Shown here: piece by piece, positions 52,686 through 63,550 of the stretch
Numbering within the stretch: position 1 is the first letter of the stretch
Layout of the letters: each line of letters begins with the position of its first letter
Assembly (NCBI GenBank): GCA_963812015.1
Contig: CAWETI010000003.1
Location: forward strand, 768,001-832,000
DNA length: 64,000 nucleotides
Direction of reading: 5' to 3'
From: an uncultured delta proteobacterium
GTDB lineage: Bacteria > Desulfobacterota > Desulfobaccia > Desulfobaccales > 0-14-0-80-60-11
Made by a program: the position numbers and the translations under genes
Notes under the pieces: model-generated
What the model was told of the DNA's origin: nothing
The model's input: only the letters and a program-made list of their open reading frames with translations
The model's database searches: none

Positions 52686-53088
52686 TTTGAGATCAAGAAG
52701 AATTATCAGACGATCTTAGACAGAACGGGTTGATTACCGTAAAGGTGGCGGCCGGATGTCGGTTTCCCTTCACCCGGGTAGGCTTAAGACCCCTTCAAGC
52801 CGGCACGCAGCCCCGATTTAGGCCAAAAATCTCGGTTCAATGCAAACCCAGAAAGTTTATTCTTTAGGGAATTTCTTCCCACCCCATGCCCACCCCTTTT
52901 TACTCCTCATAAAAAATAACCAAAAATTAATAGAACTAACATACTATAAAAATATACTCCTTGTAATAATGCTCTAAACAAATTACTGGCAATTAATATA
53001 ATACTTGCTGACTTGCAGTGCGCACTTTCGTTGAAAGTGCAATATACTATTAGTGTTGTTAAAGAAATAAAAAAGGAGGTTAACCGGT

Positions 53089-53781
53089 GTGGAAGATTTC
53101 AGCCTGAGTGACGTTCTTCTGAAAGACATCTTACGATTCGCTAAACCTTTTGGGCACAATGAAAAAGTAAAGAATCTCAACTTGGGTTTTGGCTTCATCT
53201 ATTACGGGGTGGTCAGAGGGATCAGGCCCAAGCACACCGTGGTAATTGGCTCAGGCTATGGTTTCAGTGTGGTCTGTTTGGCTCTGGGTCTCAAAGATAA
53301 CGGCAGCGGTATTCTGACTTTTGTTGATCCGGCTTATTCGTTATTGAAGGACGGGCCCTTCAGCACCGTCGGCGGCCGCGGCGTGTGGAATGATGAATCT
53401 GCCGTAAAGGCCCATTTCCAACGCTTTGGCGTTGAAAACGTCATCACGCATTACAAAATGCGCAGCGACGAGTTCTTCCCGACCTATCAATCATCGAAGT
53501 TGCCTGCCGTTGATTTGGCTTTTATCGACGGTAGTCATGCTTATAAGGATGTCAAGTATGACTTTACCCAGGTGCTCGAGCGCTCGCATAAAAATACTTA
53601 TATATTTCTCCACGATACCAATATTTATATCCGAGAATTGATCAACCATGCCGGGGTGAAGAAATGGATGAAATTTATTAAGCGGCAGGAAGACGCCTTT
53701 GAGGTGATCAATTTCCCCTTCTCCTCGGGCGTGGCCCTGGTCCGGGTCATAGACCCCTCCGCCTGGAAGAAGCTCCATTGA
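53089..53781 (+). CDS. Class I SAM-dependent methyltransferase (Methyltransf_24-like)
   Basis: VIGSGYGFS, FIDGSHAY, LHDT; AAGGAGG RBS. Confidence 0.8.
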   Translation: MEDFSLSDVLLKDILRFAKPFGHNEKVKNLNLGFGFIYYGVVRGIRPKHTVVIGSGYGFSVVCLALGLKDNGSGILTFVDPAYSLLKDGPFSTVGGRGVWNDESAVKAHFQRFGVENVITHYKMRSDEFFPTYQSSKLPAVDLAFIDGSHAYKDVKYDFTQVLERSHKNTYIFLHDTNIYIRELINHAGVKKWMKFIKRQEDAFEVINFPFSSGVALVRVIDPSAWKKLH

Positions 53782-54470
53782 CTGCCATAATCGTCTGCTG
53801 CTCGGTGCTTCTGGTTGCAGCGGCTGGTTACTTTTATTGGCGGTACGTCTGGTTCTTTCGCAACCCCCCCAGGGTGTCTCCGGGGGGGGACAACTTGGTG
53901 AGTCCGGCTGATGGTACAGTAGTTTATGTCAGTTTGGTGAAACCGCAGCAGGAAGTGGTCACGATCAAGCAGGGGTTGTCGGCGCGCCTCACCGATATTG
54001 TCCGGGAAGACCTGGATTCCGCCAAAATATTGATCGGCATCTTTATGAGCCCTTTCAGCGTCCACTATAATCGGGTGCCCCTTTCCGGACAGGTGGAATT
54101 TATCCGCCACCATCCGGCGATTCTGAAAAACCATTGCATGGCCCCGATGCATTGGCGCACCGTGTTGAAGCAGCCGCCCTTCTATAAGAATGCCGTCCAT
54201 ATCGTCAACAACGAAAGGACTGTAACCAAATTCACGGGGCTTTTCAAAGGCAAGCCCCTCTCTTACTATATCGTGCAAATCGCCGGGAAAAGTGTGCATG
54301 GCATTGATAGCTTTTTTGGCCCCCGGGACCAATTGAGCAAGGGGAATATCTTTGGCATGATCCGCATCGGTTCCCAGGTTGACTTGGTGGTCACGTATAA
54401 CCCTAAAATGGATATCAGGGTAAAGCCGGGTGATAAAGTAAGGGCAGGAGAGTCAATCCTCATTGCTTGA
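53778..54470 (+). CDS. Phosphatidylserine decarboxylase-family proenzyme (type II, short)
   Basis: SPADG, IFMSPFSVHYNR, NER, GMIRIGSQVD self-cleavage motif. Confidence 0.85.
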   Translation: MTAIIVCCSVLLVAAAGYFYWRYVWFFRNPPRVSPGGDNLVSPADGTVVYVSLVKPQQEVVTIKQGLSARLTDIVREDLDSAKILIGIFMSPFSVHYNRVPLSGQVEFIRHHPAILKNHCMAPMHWRTVLKQPPFYKNAVHIVNNERTVTKFTGLFKGKPLSYYIVQIAGKSVHGIDSFFGPRDQLSKGNIFGMIRIGSQVDLVVTYNPKMDIRVKPGDKVRAGESILIA

Positions 54471-54494
54471 GGATTTCACTGAAAGGGGGAAATT

Positions 54495-56888
54495 ATGAAG
54501 ATCGATTTGCATGTTCATTCCAGGTACTCCACCCGTCCATCCCAATGGGTTCTCCAAAAATTAGGTTGCCAGGAATGTTATACTCAACCACAAACCTTGT
54601 ACCGCATTGCCAAAAAGCGGGGCATGTCTTGGGTAACGATAACGGACCATAATAACATTCATGGCTGTATGGAAATTGCCACCTTACCCGACACGTTTCT
54701 CAGTGAAGAGGTAACTGCTTACTTTCCGGAGGATAGGTGCAAAGCCCATGTCTTGGTTTATGATATCAATGAATCACAACATAAAGATATTCAAAAAGCC
54801 CGGGATAATATCCATGACCTGGTGGCTTATCTGTGGGCCCACAATATCAGTCACAGCCTGGCTCATCCTCTCTGGGCGGTGAATAATCGCTTGAAGTTAG
54901 AACACTTCGAGCAGTTCGTCCTCCTGTTCAAGAACTTTGAACTCAATGGCGGGCGTGATACCCAGTTGAATGACTGGCTCAAAACCGTCTTATCCCTTCT
55001 GACCCCGCAAGACTTGGAGTTACTGCAAGAGAAACATCAGATAGTGCCGCTCTTCCCCAACCCCTGGCAGAAAAATTTTACCGGGGGCTCGGATGACCAT
55101 AGTTCTCTCAATATCGCCAGGATGTTCACCCAGGTCAAAGGCGCCTCCACCCTCAAACAGTTTCTGCAAGAGTTGGATCAAGGCAAGGCCCAAGCCAAGG
55201 GCAAGGCTTCCACGCCGTTAACCTTGGCTCACAACCTTTACAGCATCGCCTATCAATTTTATAAAGCTAAGTATGGATTAGAAAAATACACTAACTCGAA
55301 TGTTTTCATAAATTTCTTCGAAAAATATTTGCAGGTAAATTTGGAAGGAAGTAAGTCGTTACCCAAATATCATTATATCCGGAATAAGATTATCAATTTT
55401 TTCAAGAGTTCTTCGCAAAATGACACTATCTTATCTTTAATTAGAGACGAGGCCAGTAAGATTACCTATAGTGAATCCAATGGCAATCCTGAAAAAGAAT
55501 GGATGCAGGTACTTAACGATATCTCGCATAATATTCTCAAGCAATTTCATAAACATTTCCGCAAATCACTTATAGAGGCTAATTTCATTGATTTGGTCAA
55601 TTCCATCACCTCCAGCGGCTTAATTTACTTAGGATTGGCCCCGTATTTGGCAGCCTTCACCTCTTTTTCCAGCGACCGCGTTCTCGGAGAACAGATCATC
55701 AGCAACTTTCTTTCCAATGAACCCGTCAAGGGTGAAGAGATGAGTAGCATAAGGATGGCTCACTTCACGGACACTTTTTATGAGGTGAATGGGGTGGGCC
55801 TCACCATCAGACGGCAGGTGGAAGCCGCCAATCGGGCCAACAAAGATTATACGGTGATCACCTGTGATAAGACGCCCCGTCCCCATCAGAAAGGGGTGCG
55901 TAATTTCCCTCCCGTCGGGGTCTTCCATTTGCCGGAATATCCTGAACAGAAGCTGTTTCATCCGCCGGTATTGGAGATTCTGCAATATTGCTATGAGCAG
56001 AATATCACCCACATCAAGGCCGCGACTCCGGGCCCCATGGGCCTCACGGCCCTGGTCATCGCCAGGATGCTACGGCTGCCGTTATGGGGGACGTATCATA
56101 CGGCCTTGCCCCAGTATGCCCAATACCTAACGGAAGACAGCGCCATCTACCATTTTATGTGGAAGTATATCGTCTGGTTCTATAATCAACTGGATCTCAT
56201 CTTCGTGCCCTCTCATAGCACCGCGGAGGAATTGCAGCAACATGGGATTGAGGCTCAGAAGATGCGGGTTTTCCCCCGGGGAGTGGACCTGGACCTGTTC
56301 CATCCTTCCAGGCGTAACGGTTATCTGGAAAGCCGCTTCCAGGTCAAAGATGGGTGCAAGCTGCTCTATGTGGGCCGGGTGTCAAAAGAAAAGAACCTTG
56401 AACTGCTGGGCCAGGTATTCAAATCATTAATGCCAAGCCGGCGGGATCTCCAGCTCATCATCGTGGGGGACGGCCCCTATCTGGAGGAGATGCGGCGGGA
56501 GATGACCGGCACTCCTTGTGTATTCACCGGCTATCTGGAAGGCGAAGATCTCGCGGCGGTGTTTGCCTCGTGCGATCTGTTTGTCTTCCCCAGCACCACG
56601 GATACCTTTGGCAACGTGGTGCTGGAAGCCCAGGCCTCCGGAATCCCGGTAATCGTCAGCGATTCCGGGGGGCCGCAAGAGAATGTCATCCCCGGAGAAA
56701 CGGGGATTATCGTGCCCGGCAATGATGCGGAGAGTTTGGCGGTGGCCATAACCGCCTTGATTAACGAACCGGCCCGGCTGAAGCGCATGGGCCAGGCGGC
56801 GCGCCATTACATGCAGCAGCGCTCCTTTGAGACCGCCTTCCACGCCACCTGGGACATCTATGAGGAAAAGGCCGCGGCCATTGGCTGA
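54495..56888 (+). CDS. PHP-domain plus GT4 glycosyltransferase fusion
   Basis: DLHVHS, TDHN, AHP, GGSDDH; DTFYEVNGV, YHT, RGVD, GRVSKEK, DTFGNVVLEA. Confidence 0.88.
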   Translation: MKIDLHVHSRYSTRPSQWVLQKLGCQECYTQPQTLYRIAKKRGMSWVTITDHNNIHGCMEIATLPDTFLSEEVTAYFPEDRCKAHVLVYDINESQHKDIQKARDNIHDLVAYLWAHNISHSLAHPLWAVNNRLKLEHFEQFVLLFKNFELNGGRDTQLNDWLKTVLSLLTPQDLELLQEKHQIVPLFPNPWQKNFTGGSDDHSSLNIARMFTQVKGASTLKQFLQELDQGKAQAKGKASTPLTLAHNLYSIAYQFYKAKYGLEKYTNSNVFINFFEKYLQVNLEGSKSLPKYHYIRNKIINFFKSSSQNDTILSLIRDEASKITYSESNGNPEKEWMQVLNDISHNILKQFHKHFRKSLIEANFIDLVNSITSSGLIYLGLAPYLAAFTSFSSDRVLGEQIISNFLSNEPVKGEEMSSIRMAHFTDTFYEVNGVGLTIRRQVEAANRANKDYTVITCDKTPRPHQKGVRNFPPVGVFHLPEYPEQKLFHPPVLEILQYCYEQNITHIKAATPGPMGLTALVIARMLRLPLWGTYHTALPQYAQYLTEDSAIYHFMWKYIVWFYNQLDLIFVPSHSTAEELQQHGIEAQKMRVFPRGVDLDLFHPSRRNGYLESRFQVKDGCKLLYVGRVSKEKNLELLGQVFKSLMPSRRDLQLIIVGDGPYLEEMRREMTGTPCVFTGYLEGEDLAAVFASCDLFVFPSTTDTFGNVVLEAQASGIPVIVSDSGGPQENVIPGETGIIVPGNDAESLAVAITALINEPARLKRMGQAARHYMQQRSFETAFHATWDIYEEKAAAIG

Positions 56889-57087
56889 GTCACTAAAGCT
56901 GGGCAAGAGGTATTACCCTGGATCATTCGGCAGATAATGGGAAAATTACGGCCAACTTTCTGAGTTAAGGAGTTAAAGCTACATTGGGAGGAGGCCCTGA
57001 CCAGGGCTTATTGATGGACCGGAGCAATGACCTGCCCACAGTAGTTGTACCAAGTATTAAGTTAGGATGGTGGTCAATCGGACGTTG

Positions 57088-57152
57088 AGTCGAGTAGCGT
57101 GGGGGAATTTCCCCCCCAGGCCCTCCCAGAACCGAATGTGAACCTTTCGACC
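57088..57152 (-). mobile_element. Group II intron 3'-end remnant (partial domain V, domain VI)
   Basis: Minus strand cgaaaggttcacattcggttctgggagggcctgggggggaaattcccccacgctactcgact. Confidence 0.65.
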
Positions 57153-58452
57153 ACCCTAAAGAAATTTCGTTGGATGCCATATAGCTTGCCATTATCCGCT
57201 CTTCTGCTAATCATTCCATATGATTCGTATATTGGAACCTTTGCAAATAGAGGCTGAATTGGGAATTCTCCCGAAAAATTGAAAAAATTCCGGGGAGATC
57301 GTATTGACTGAGGGGGAGTCCCTCCCGAGGTGTCCGGTTCCCGACATAGACCAAGGGCAGGGGTGCGGGACCGGGCGGTCCTGACGTCGGAAGCAGCAGA
57401 CATTAAGAAATCTGCACGGTGTTCCGTGGCTCTGCTCCTGGCCAAACCTGCCCGCCGAGAGCACGCTCACTCCTTACCCTTGCTTGACCCACCCCAAATC
57501 GTGGCTCAAAAATGCCCAGACGCATTTGTAATGGCATCCTGGAGACGTGCTTTGGGATGGCCAGGAGCGCGTCCGGCTGAAAATCGGTTAAAAATATTTA
57601 GGCATGGGTCCCATAAAAGGGGGGGTGCCACCACAGGGTGGATCATCGCAGATGAAAGAAATTCTCCACCACAACCGCACGAAATCGACCTGATCACCTT
57701 CACCCTTACCTAATAGAATTAACCAGCTATATTTTTGAAAAAATCTGCGTACCACCTTTTAAGCATCAGGGGGGGTAAAGATCGTCTCCGGGGGTTTGCC
57801 TTCTGGGGCCGAAAACTGGTGGGCCTGGGGGTGGGGCGGGGGGCTGCCTGGTGAGCGGTTGAGGGATGATAGGCATGGTGACTAGGGTGGGGCGACGGTG
57901 GCGGTGGTGGTGCCGGTGAACCCTGGGGGACCGGGGGGGGCCGAGGGGATGGGGCGGGGTAACCGAGCCGGCGCCGCGGCGGGGGTGCTGGTGCACCACA
58001 GGAGTAGGAGGTGGACGGCAACGCGGGCCCAGGCGAGGGACCCAACAGGCACCCTATCTCAATACCCCTCTCTTCTCCCTTTAGCTCTGACCGGCTCCCT
58101 TCCTCTCAAGCTGCCCTCTGAGAAGCCCTGCATTGGGGGGTGGGGGTAACCGTTGCCAGGGGGGAGAAGTCCCCAGGACGACCTAAAAATCCCAACTTAA
58201 GTTAGGACTTTTTACGAAAAAAGGTTGCACTTGAAGCCACCTGAGGGGGAGAGGCAGCGTTAGGCCCCGGTCCGAAAAACCGTCCGTATGAGAAACCCCA
58301 TGAAAGGCGATTAAGGGGGAGTGGAAGAGCAAGGCTAAGCATCCAAAAGGCTCGGGGCAAGACGTTGACATTCGGCATAGCGGACAGTCCATTTCCGGGC
58401 ACCCCGAAAGGTAATTTTCCGCACTCTGGTTATCCCTGGGTTATCCCTGATA

Positions 58453-58484
58453 AAAAAAGGGTTAGCCAATTTGGCTAACCCCTT
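58453..58484 (-). terminator. Intrinsic terminator downstream of the tRNA
   Basis: ggggttagccaa-a-ttggctaacccc-type hairpin followed by a T run on the minus strand. Confidence 0.75.
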
Positions 58485-58492
58485 GATTTCTC

Positions 58493-58568
58493 TGGTAGGC
58501 CGTCGGGGGCTCGAACCCCAAACCTAGTGATTAAGAGTCACTTGCTCTACCAATTGAGCTAACGGCCC
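58493..58568 (-). tRNA. tRNA-Lys (anticodon CTT)
   Basis: GGGCCGTTAGCTCAATTGGTAGAGCAAGTGACTCTTAATCACTAGGTTTGGGGTTCGAGCCCCCGACGGCCTACCA; 76 nt with encoded CCA. Confidence 0.95.
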
Positions 58569-58950
58569 GGATGCAGAACAGGCTTGAATATACTGGGGTT
58601 CGTAGATTTTGTCAAGGGGCGGTGACCATCCAAAATTGACCAAAATTAACCAATTTTGAACGCCATTTGCGGACGCATCGCGGACACCAAATTGGTGGAG
58701 GCGGTGAGGACATAAGGGTAGAGGTTTTTCAAGCAGCTGCACAGACGAGAAGCTCGTGCAAAACCGGTTTATTGTATCACCCTGAGCGCCCGCTAAGGGT
58801 ATAGCTTATTGAAAAGAATAGATTTTTCGCTTCGCTCAGAATGACGAACTGCAAACTCCAAGATCACCTCCGGCTCAGACTTCCCCAGAGGTCAATAATC
58901 CTTGAGTTTTTAGCCCCTACCCGGCCGGGCCAGTTGGGGTAAGGGGGGTA

Positions 58951-59358
58951 TCAACTATTCTGCGCATGTAATTCCCGGGCCAGGGATTTCAACTGCCGTC
59001 GACGCAGTCTCGCCTTTTGATCCGGAAATTCCTCGGTGAGGAGGGTGAACTTCTCACAGCCCATTAAGTCCGGGCAGGCAGAGCAATGACTCTGCTGCCG
59101 CCGCAGGGCGCAGAGACGGATGGGACAGCGGTCCTGCCCTTTTCCGCTTTTACAGCCCGAACATTCGGGGTGGCCGAGAAACCAATCCAGGCCCTGGCGG
59201 AATTCTGTAAAAGAAAAGCCTTCCTCCCCAGGAAAACAATGCGCCCACCAATCCGTCCGGAACTGTTCCAGATACTCTTTCACCGTGGCTAAGGCTTGCA
59301 TGAACTCCGGGGCTCCCAACTGACAGTCGTCGCATACACCACAATAACTCTCTTTCAT
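58951..59358 (-). CDS. Cys-rich hypothetical protein (DUF3795-like)
   Basis: YCGVCDDC, CSGC, CPIRLCA, HCSACPD; start chosen at the internal ATG. Confidence 0.65.
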   Translation of the reverse strand: MKESYCGVCDDCQLGAPEFMQALATVKEYLEQFRTDWWAHCFPGEEGFSFTEFRQGLDWFLGHPECSGCKSGKGQDRCPIRLCALRRQQSHCSACPDLMGCEKFTLLTEEFPDQKARLRRRQLKSLARELHAQNS

Positions 59359-59637
59359 CAGCAGACTCTCAACCCGATAAATTTCCTCTTCGAAATGTTT
59401 AAAATATTGCAACGCCCATGCCAGAGAAAGGCGCGGCTCTCCCGGGGGTAACCCAAAAAAACTTATACCAATTTCGGGATCAACCAAAATCTCGACCAGG
59501 CCCGGGGAGGGCAGGGGTAGAAAAACTTTTGCTAGATTGTAAAGACACAATCGCCCAAGCTCCGGCCAGGGAACGCCCCCTGGGAAATCCCTTGACGTTC
59601 TCTTTAGTTATGGCATAACTAAGGAAACCTTGCCTGG

Positions 59638-60522
59638 ATGACGATGCTCATGGGCGCCACCGCCACGTTTGTAACCAGTTTGATCCCGCCGCTGCCCTTT
59701 TTGCTGGCCGGCTGTCTGCCCCTGTGGGTGGGGGCGCTCCTGGCGCGGGTGTCTGGATTGCCGCTGCGTCCGGGGGTTTTGGGGGCGGGGACCCTGGCGG
59801 TGGCCGCCCTGATCCTGGCGGCCTTTGCTGGCCGGGAAAGCTTTTGCCCCGGATCGGGCCGCTGTCCGGCCTGGAGGCTGACGTTCACCCGGAAGCCAGC
59901 CCTCGCGGCCTATGCGGCCCTGGGAGTGGCGGCGGGGTTGGGGCTGGGCTTGCAATACGGCTGGCATACCGGCGATTTCACCATCCCCCTGGGCGGACTG
60001 GGTGTCCTGGGGGGGTATTTCTCCTTTGCCCCGCCCCTGGCATGGCACCGCCGAGGCCTGGGGGAGGCGGTGGGGGGGCTCTGCTTCGGGCTGCTGCCGG
60101 TGGCCACGGGGCTGTACCTCCAATGCGGCCAGCTGCTGACCGAGGTCCTGCTCTATGGCCTGCCCCTGACCTTTACGGGATTCAACCTGTTCCTGGTGTA
60201 CGGCTTTCCCGGCCCCGGGGCCGCGCCGGGGTCCCGGAGCCTGGCGGCCCGGCTAAAACCGGTGACCGGGGCGCTGGTTTACACCATAGCCAACCTGCTC
60301 ACCATCATCGGGATCGTATTAATTTTGATCTTTCCGGCCGCGGTCCTCCCCTGGCGGTTGGGGTTGTGGCCCCTAGTGATCCTGGCGGTGGTCAACCAGG
60401 AACTCATCAAACGGAAGGCCTACCGGGATGAACGCCGGCTGAATCTGCTGGGCCGGCTGACGTTGACCCTCCACCTGGGTATGGGCCTGGTGTTTGTCTT
60501 GATGCTGTGGCAGCGGTTTTAA
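59638..60522 (+). CDS. UbiA/MenA-like prenyltransferase-family membrane protein (divergent)
   Basis: YFSFAPPLAWHRRGLGE resembles the MenA loop; ~9 TM helices; Asp-rich motifs not evident. Confidence 0.55.
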   Translation: MTMLMGATATFVTSLIPPLPFLLAGCLPLWVGALLARVSGLPLRPGVLGAGTLAVAALILAAFAGRESFCPGSGRCPAWRLTFTRKPALAAYAALGVAAGLGLGLQYGWHTGDFTIPLGGLGVLGGYFSFAPPLAWHRRGLGEAVGGLCFGLLPVATGLYLQCGQLLTEVLLYGLPLTFTGFNLFLVYGFPGPGAAPGSRSLAARLKPVTGALVYTIANLLTIIGIVLILIFPAAVLPWRLGLWPLVILAVVNQELIKRKAYRDERRLNLLGRLTLTLHLGMGLVFVLMLWQRF

Positions 60523-60720
60523 TTGGGTTGTCGGTTTTCGGTTAAAAGAAAGGTTAAATAAAAAGGTAACTATTAGGTTTAGACCTTTTAACAGGGAATC
60601 TGGTATAACCGAGGGAGGCCGGGGCGACCCGAGGAGTTGGCGACAAGCCGGGGCTGGCGAAGCATTTCATCCCAGCCTCGACGGGTTTGGCGCATGGCGG
60701 GCGCGCCAGGATCATCGATC

Positions 60721-61011
60721 ATGCATGGGCGGAAAGGGTTCAAGGGTTCCAGGTGGGGAATAAGGTTGGTGGCCATGTGCCTCATCCTGGCGCTGGCGCC
60801 GGGCTGCCAGGTCAGTGCGGCCCAGATTTATATCCCCCTGGCCTATGGCCTCACCGGCCTGTGCATCGCCTTAATCATGTCACCGACGCTGGTGGCGGCC
60901 GTGGTGGGGTTTGTGGCCGGCGGCCTGTTGGGGGCTGCGGTCTATAATAATTCCCTGAAACACCAGATATCGGAACCCCAGCGAGCCGAACCTCCCCATG
61001 ACCTCCAGTAA
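60721..61011 (+). CDS. Small membrane/lipoprotein hypothetical
   Basis: Hydrophobic, LAPGC lipobox-like, glycine zipper; overlaps the birA start. Confidence 0.45.
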   Translation: MHGRKGFKGSRWGIRLVAMCLILALAPGCQVSAAQIYIPLAYGLTGLCIALIMSPTLVAAVVGFVAGGLLGAAVYNNSLKHQISEPQRAEPPHDLQ

Positions 61012-62005
61012 GAGCCCGGGCCATGGATTGGAAGAGGTGTTACAGGTCCTGCGGGGGGCAAAGGACGCCATCTCCGGTGAGCGGCTGGCCGGCCAGCTGG
61101 GGCTGAGCCGGGCGGCGGTGTGGAAGCGGGTCCACCGCCTCAAGGCCCTGGGTTACATCATCGAGGGCTCGCCCCGGCGGGGGTATCGCCTCCTGGCGAT
61201 TCCCGACAAACTCCTGCCGGAAGAAGTGCTGCAGGGACTCAAGGCCCGCTCTCTGACGGGGCCGGTGCACCACTTCGAGACCCTCAACTCCACCAATGAT
61301 CTGGCCAAGGAATTGGCGGCCCGGGGAGCCCCGGAAGGCACCGTGGTGGTGGCGGAGACCCAGACCGGGGGTCGGGGCCGGCTGGGCCGGGAGTGGAATT
61401 CGCCCCCGGGGGTGGGGCTCTACGTTTCCCTGGTGCTGCGTCCGATGCTCCCGCCCTGGGAGCTGCCCCAGATCACCCTGATGACCGCGGTGGCGGTGGT
61501 CAGGGCGATCCGCCGGGTGGCGGGGGTGACGCCAGGGATCAAATGGCCCAACGACCTGCTCCTGAACGGCAAAAAGCTGGGGGGCATCCTGACCGAAATG
61601 GAGACGGAGAGCGACCGCATCCGCCATGTCGTGGTGGGTTTGGGATTGAATGTCAACAACCCGGGGTTTCCCCCGGAGTTGGCCGCCACGGCTACTTCCT
61701 TGACCCTGGCGGCTGGGGGGTCATTTCCCCGGGTGAAGCTTCTGCAGGTCTGGCTGGAGGAATTCGAGGCATTGTATGAGCGGTTTTTAAACCAGGAGTT
61801 TCCCGCCATCCTGGAGGAATGGAAGCGCTACACCGTGACCTTGGGGAGGGCGGTTACCGTGCGTCAGGGACCCCGGGAAATCTGCGGTCAGGCCCTGGAT
61901 GTGGCTGCCGATGGCGCCCTGCTGCTGCGCACTGCCGGCGGGGAGGTCGTGCGGGTGACATCAGGAGAGATAACCCCCGAACCCGCAGGGGATCCGGGGG
62001 TTTGA
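60998..62005 (+). CDS. birA: Bifunctional biotin ligase/repressor BirA
   Basis: N-terminal HTH SRAAVWK, STN, QTGGRGRLGR, KWPND, KLGGIL. Confidence 0.95.
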   Translation: MTSSKSPGHGLEEVLQVLRGAKDAISGERLAGQLGLSRAAVWKRVHRLKALGYIIEGSPRRGYRLLAIPDKLLPEEVLQGLKARSLTGPVHHFETLNSTNDLAKELAARGAPEGTVVVAETQTGGRGRLGREWNSPPGVGLYVSLVLRPMLPPWELPQITLMTAVAVVRAIRRVAGVTPGIKWPNDLLLNGKKLGGILTEMETESDRIRHVVVGLGLNVNNPGFPPELAATATSLTLAAGGSFPRVKLLQVWLEEFEALYERFLNQEFPAILEEWKRYTVTLGRAVTVRQGPREICGQALDVAADGALLLRTAGGEVVRVTSGEITPEPAGDPGV

Positions 62006-62026
62006 ACCGTAGAATGAGCGTCAGGA

Positions 62027-62311
62027 CTATTTTTTCAGGTCTTCGATTTCAGATTTCAGGCGATCGACTTCAGCCTTATATTTTTCCACATCGGCCTCAG
62101 CCATCTTGGGAGGCTCATAAGCCGGGGTCTCGGGTTTCTTAAAGAACTTATCTTTAGTTTCTTCGAAACCTAAATATACGGCCAGAGCACCGCCCAGAAG
62201 AAGTATTAAGGGAAGGCCCCCAGCCAGCAGGCCCAGGAACTGCTTCCACCACATGCCGAGCCCGATCAATCCCAGCGCCACTGCGACCAGTCCGCCTACC
62301 AAAGCTGTCAT
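62027..62311 (-). CDS. Small two-TM protein with coiled-coil tail
   Basis: AAGGAGG RBS; hydrophobic N-terminal half, charged C-terminus. Confidence 0.65.
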   Translation of the reverse strand: MTALVGGLVAVALGLIGLGMWWKQFLGLLAGGLPLILLLGGALAVYLGFEETKDKFFKKPETPAYEPPKMAEADVEKYKAEVDRLKSEIEDLKK

Positions 62312-62557
62312 GCCCAAACCTCCTTACCCCACATAAGATCTCCAGCTGAACGCTGGGTTTGGTACCGCGCGCTCCCACATAAAGTTGATTTATTATCAGA
62401 AAGAATAAGATTAATCAAGGAGGAATTCAAGGGAGACGGGGTGGATTATAAGAATTATCTAATAAATTGCGAATGTTATAGGCTAAGATGCCTTGACAAA
62501 AAACGGACGCTCATTATAATTAAGAAAATTACCCCGAAGTAAACGGTGAGAAATATC

Positions 62558-63484
62558 ATGGCTGAGACAGATTACTATCAAATATTGGGAGTGAGCCGGG
62601 ATGCCACGGCCGACGATATCAAAAAGGCATATCGGAAACTGGCCATGAAGTACCATCCCGATAAAGCCAAGGGGGACAAGAAGCACGCCGAAGAGAAATT
62701 CAAGCAGATCAGCGAGGCTTACGCCGTGCTGAGTAATCCCGAGAAAAAGAAGGAATACGACGAATTCGGCTCCCAGGTCTTCAAAGACAAGTTCACCCAG
62801 GAAGACATCTTCCGGGGTTTCGATTTCAGCGATATCTTTACTGACGGCACCTCCGACAGTATCTTCAGCCGCATTTTTGGGGGGTTGGGGGGCGGCCATC
62901 CCAGGGGCCGGACCCGCATCTTTCGCCAAGGCGGGCCCGAAGGCTATCACGGCCAGGTCCAGGCCCCCAAGGGCCAGGATCTCCAGGTGGAAATGCCCAT
63001 CACCCTCCATGAGATGGCCTTTGGCACCGAGAAGCTGGTGAGCTTCAGCCACAACGGTCAGGTGGAAAAGATCTCGGTGAAGATCCCTCCCGGCACGGGG
63101 AAGAAGCTGCGCCTGACCGGCAAGGGCGGCCCCAGTCCCATGGGCGGCCCCCCCGGCGATCTCTTTGTCAAGCTGAAAGAGGTGGAACACCCGGTATTCA
63201 AACGGGAGGGGAACGATCTGTTGGTGGACCGGCGGATCAAGGTTACCGAAGCCACCCTGGGCACCAAGGTGACGGTCCCCACCCTGGACGGCAAAACCAT
63301 GAGCCTCAAGGTGCCGCCGGGCACCCAAAGCTACACCAAAATGCGCCTCAAAAACTACGGTCTCCCCGCGGCCAATGGCAAGAACCGGGGCGACCAGTTG
63401 GTCCGCATCATCGTGGAAACCCCCGCCAACCTTACCAAGAAGCAGAAAGCCCTCATGGAAGAACTGGCCAAAGAAGGGCTCTAA
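62558..63484 (+). CDS. DnaJ-class chaperone without zinc finger (CbpA-like)
   Basis: [13 protein letters not shown]-rich region, DnaJ C-terminal domain. Confidence 0.9.
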   Translation: MAETDYYQILGVSRDATADDIKKAYRKLAMKYHPDKAKGDKKHAEEKFKQISEAYAVLSNPEKKKEYDEFGSQVFKDKFTQEDIFRGFDFSDIFTDGTSDSIFSRIFGGLGGGHPRGRTRIFRQGGPEGYHGQVQAPKGQDLQVEMPITLHEMAFGTEKLVSFSHNGQVEKISVKIPPGTGKKLRLTGKGGPSPMGGPPGDLFVKLKEVEHPVFKREGNDLLVDRRIKVTEATLGTKVTVPTLDGKTMSLKVPPGTQSYTKMRLKNYGLPAANGKNRGDQLVRIIVETPANLTKKQKALMEELAKEGL

Positions 63485-63550
63485 TGCTATTTCCGGTTTT
63501 CAGTTTTCGGTAAAAATAAAGAGATTAAGCGTATACCCCCGGAGGTTGAC

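Noticed and set aside
57719..58045. Proline-rich ORF near the tRNA
   Set aside because: Low-complexity product of the G-skewed tract, with no RBS or motif support
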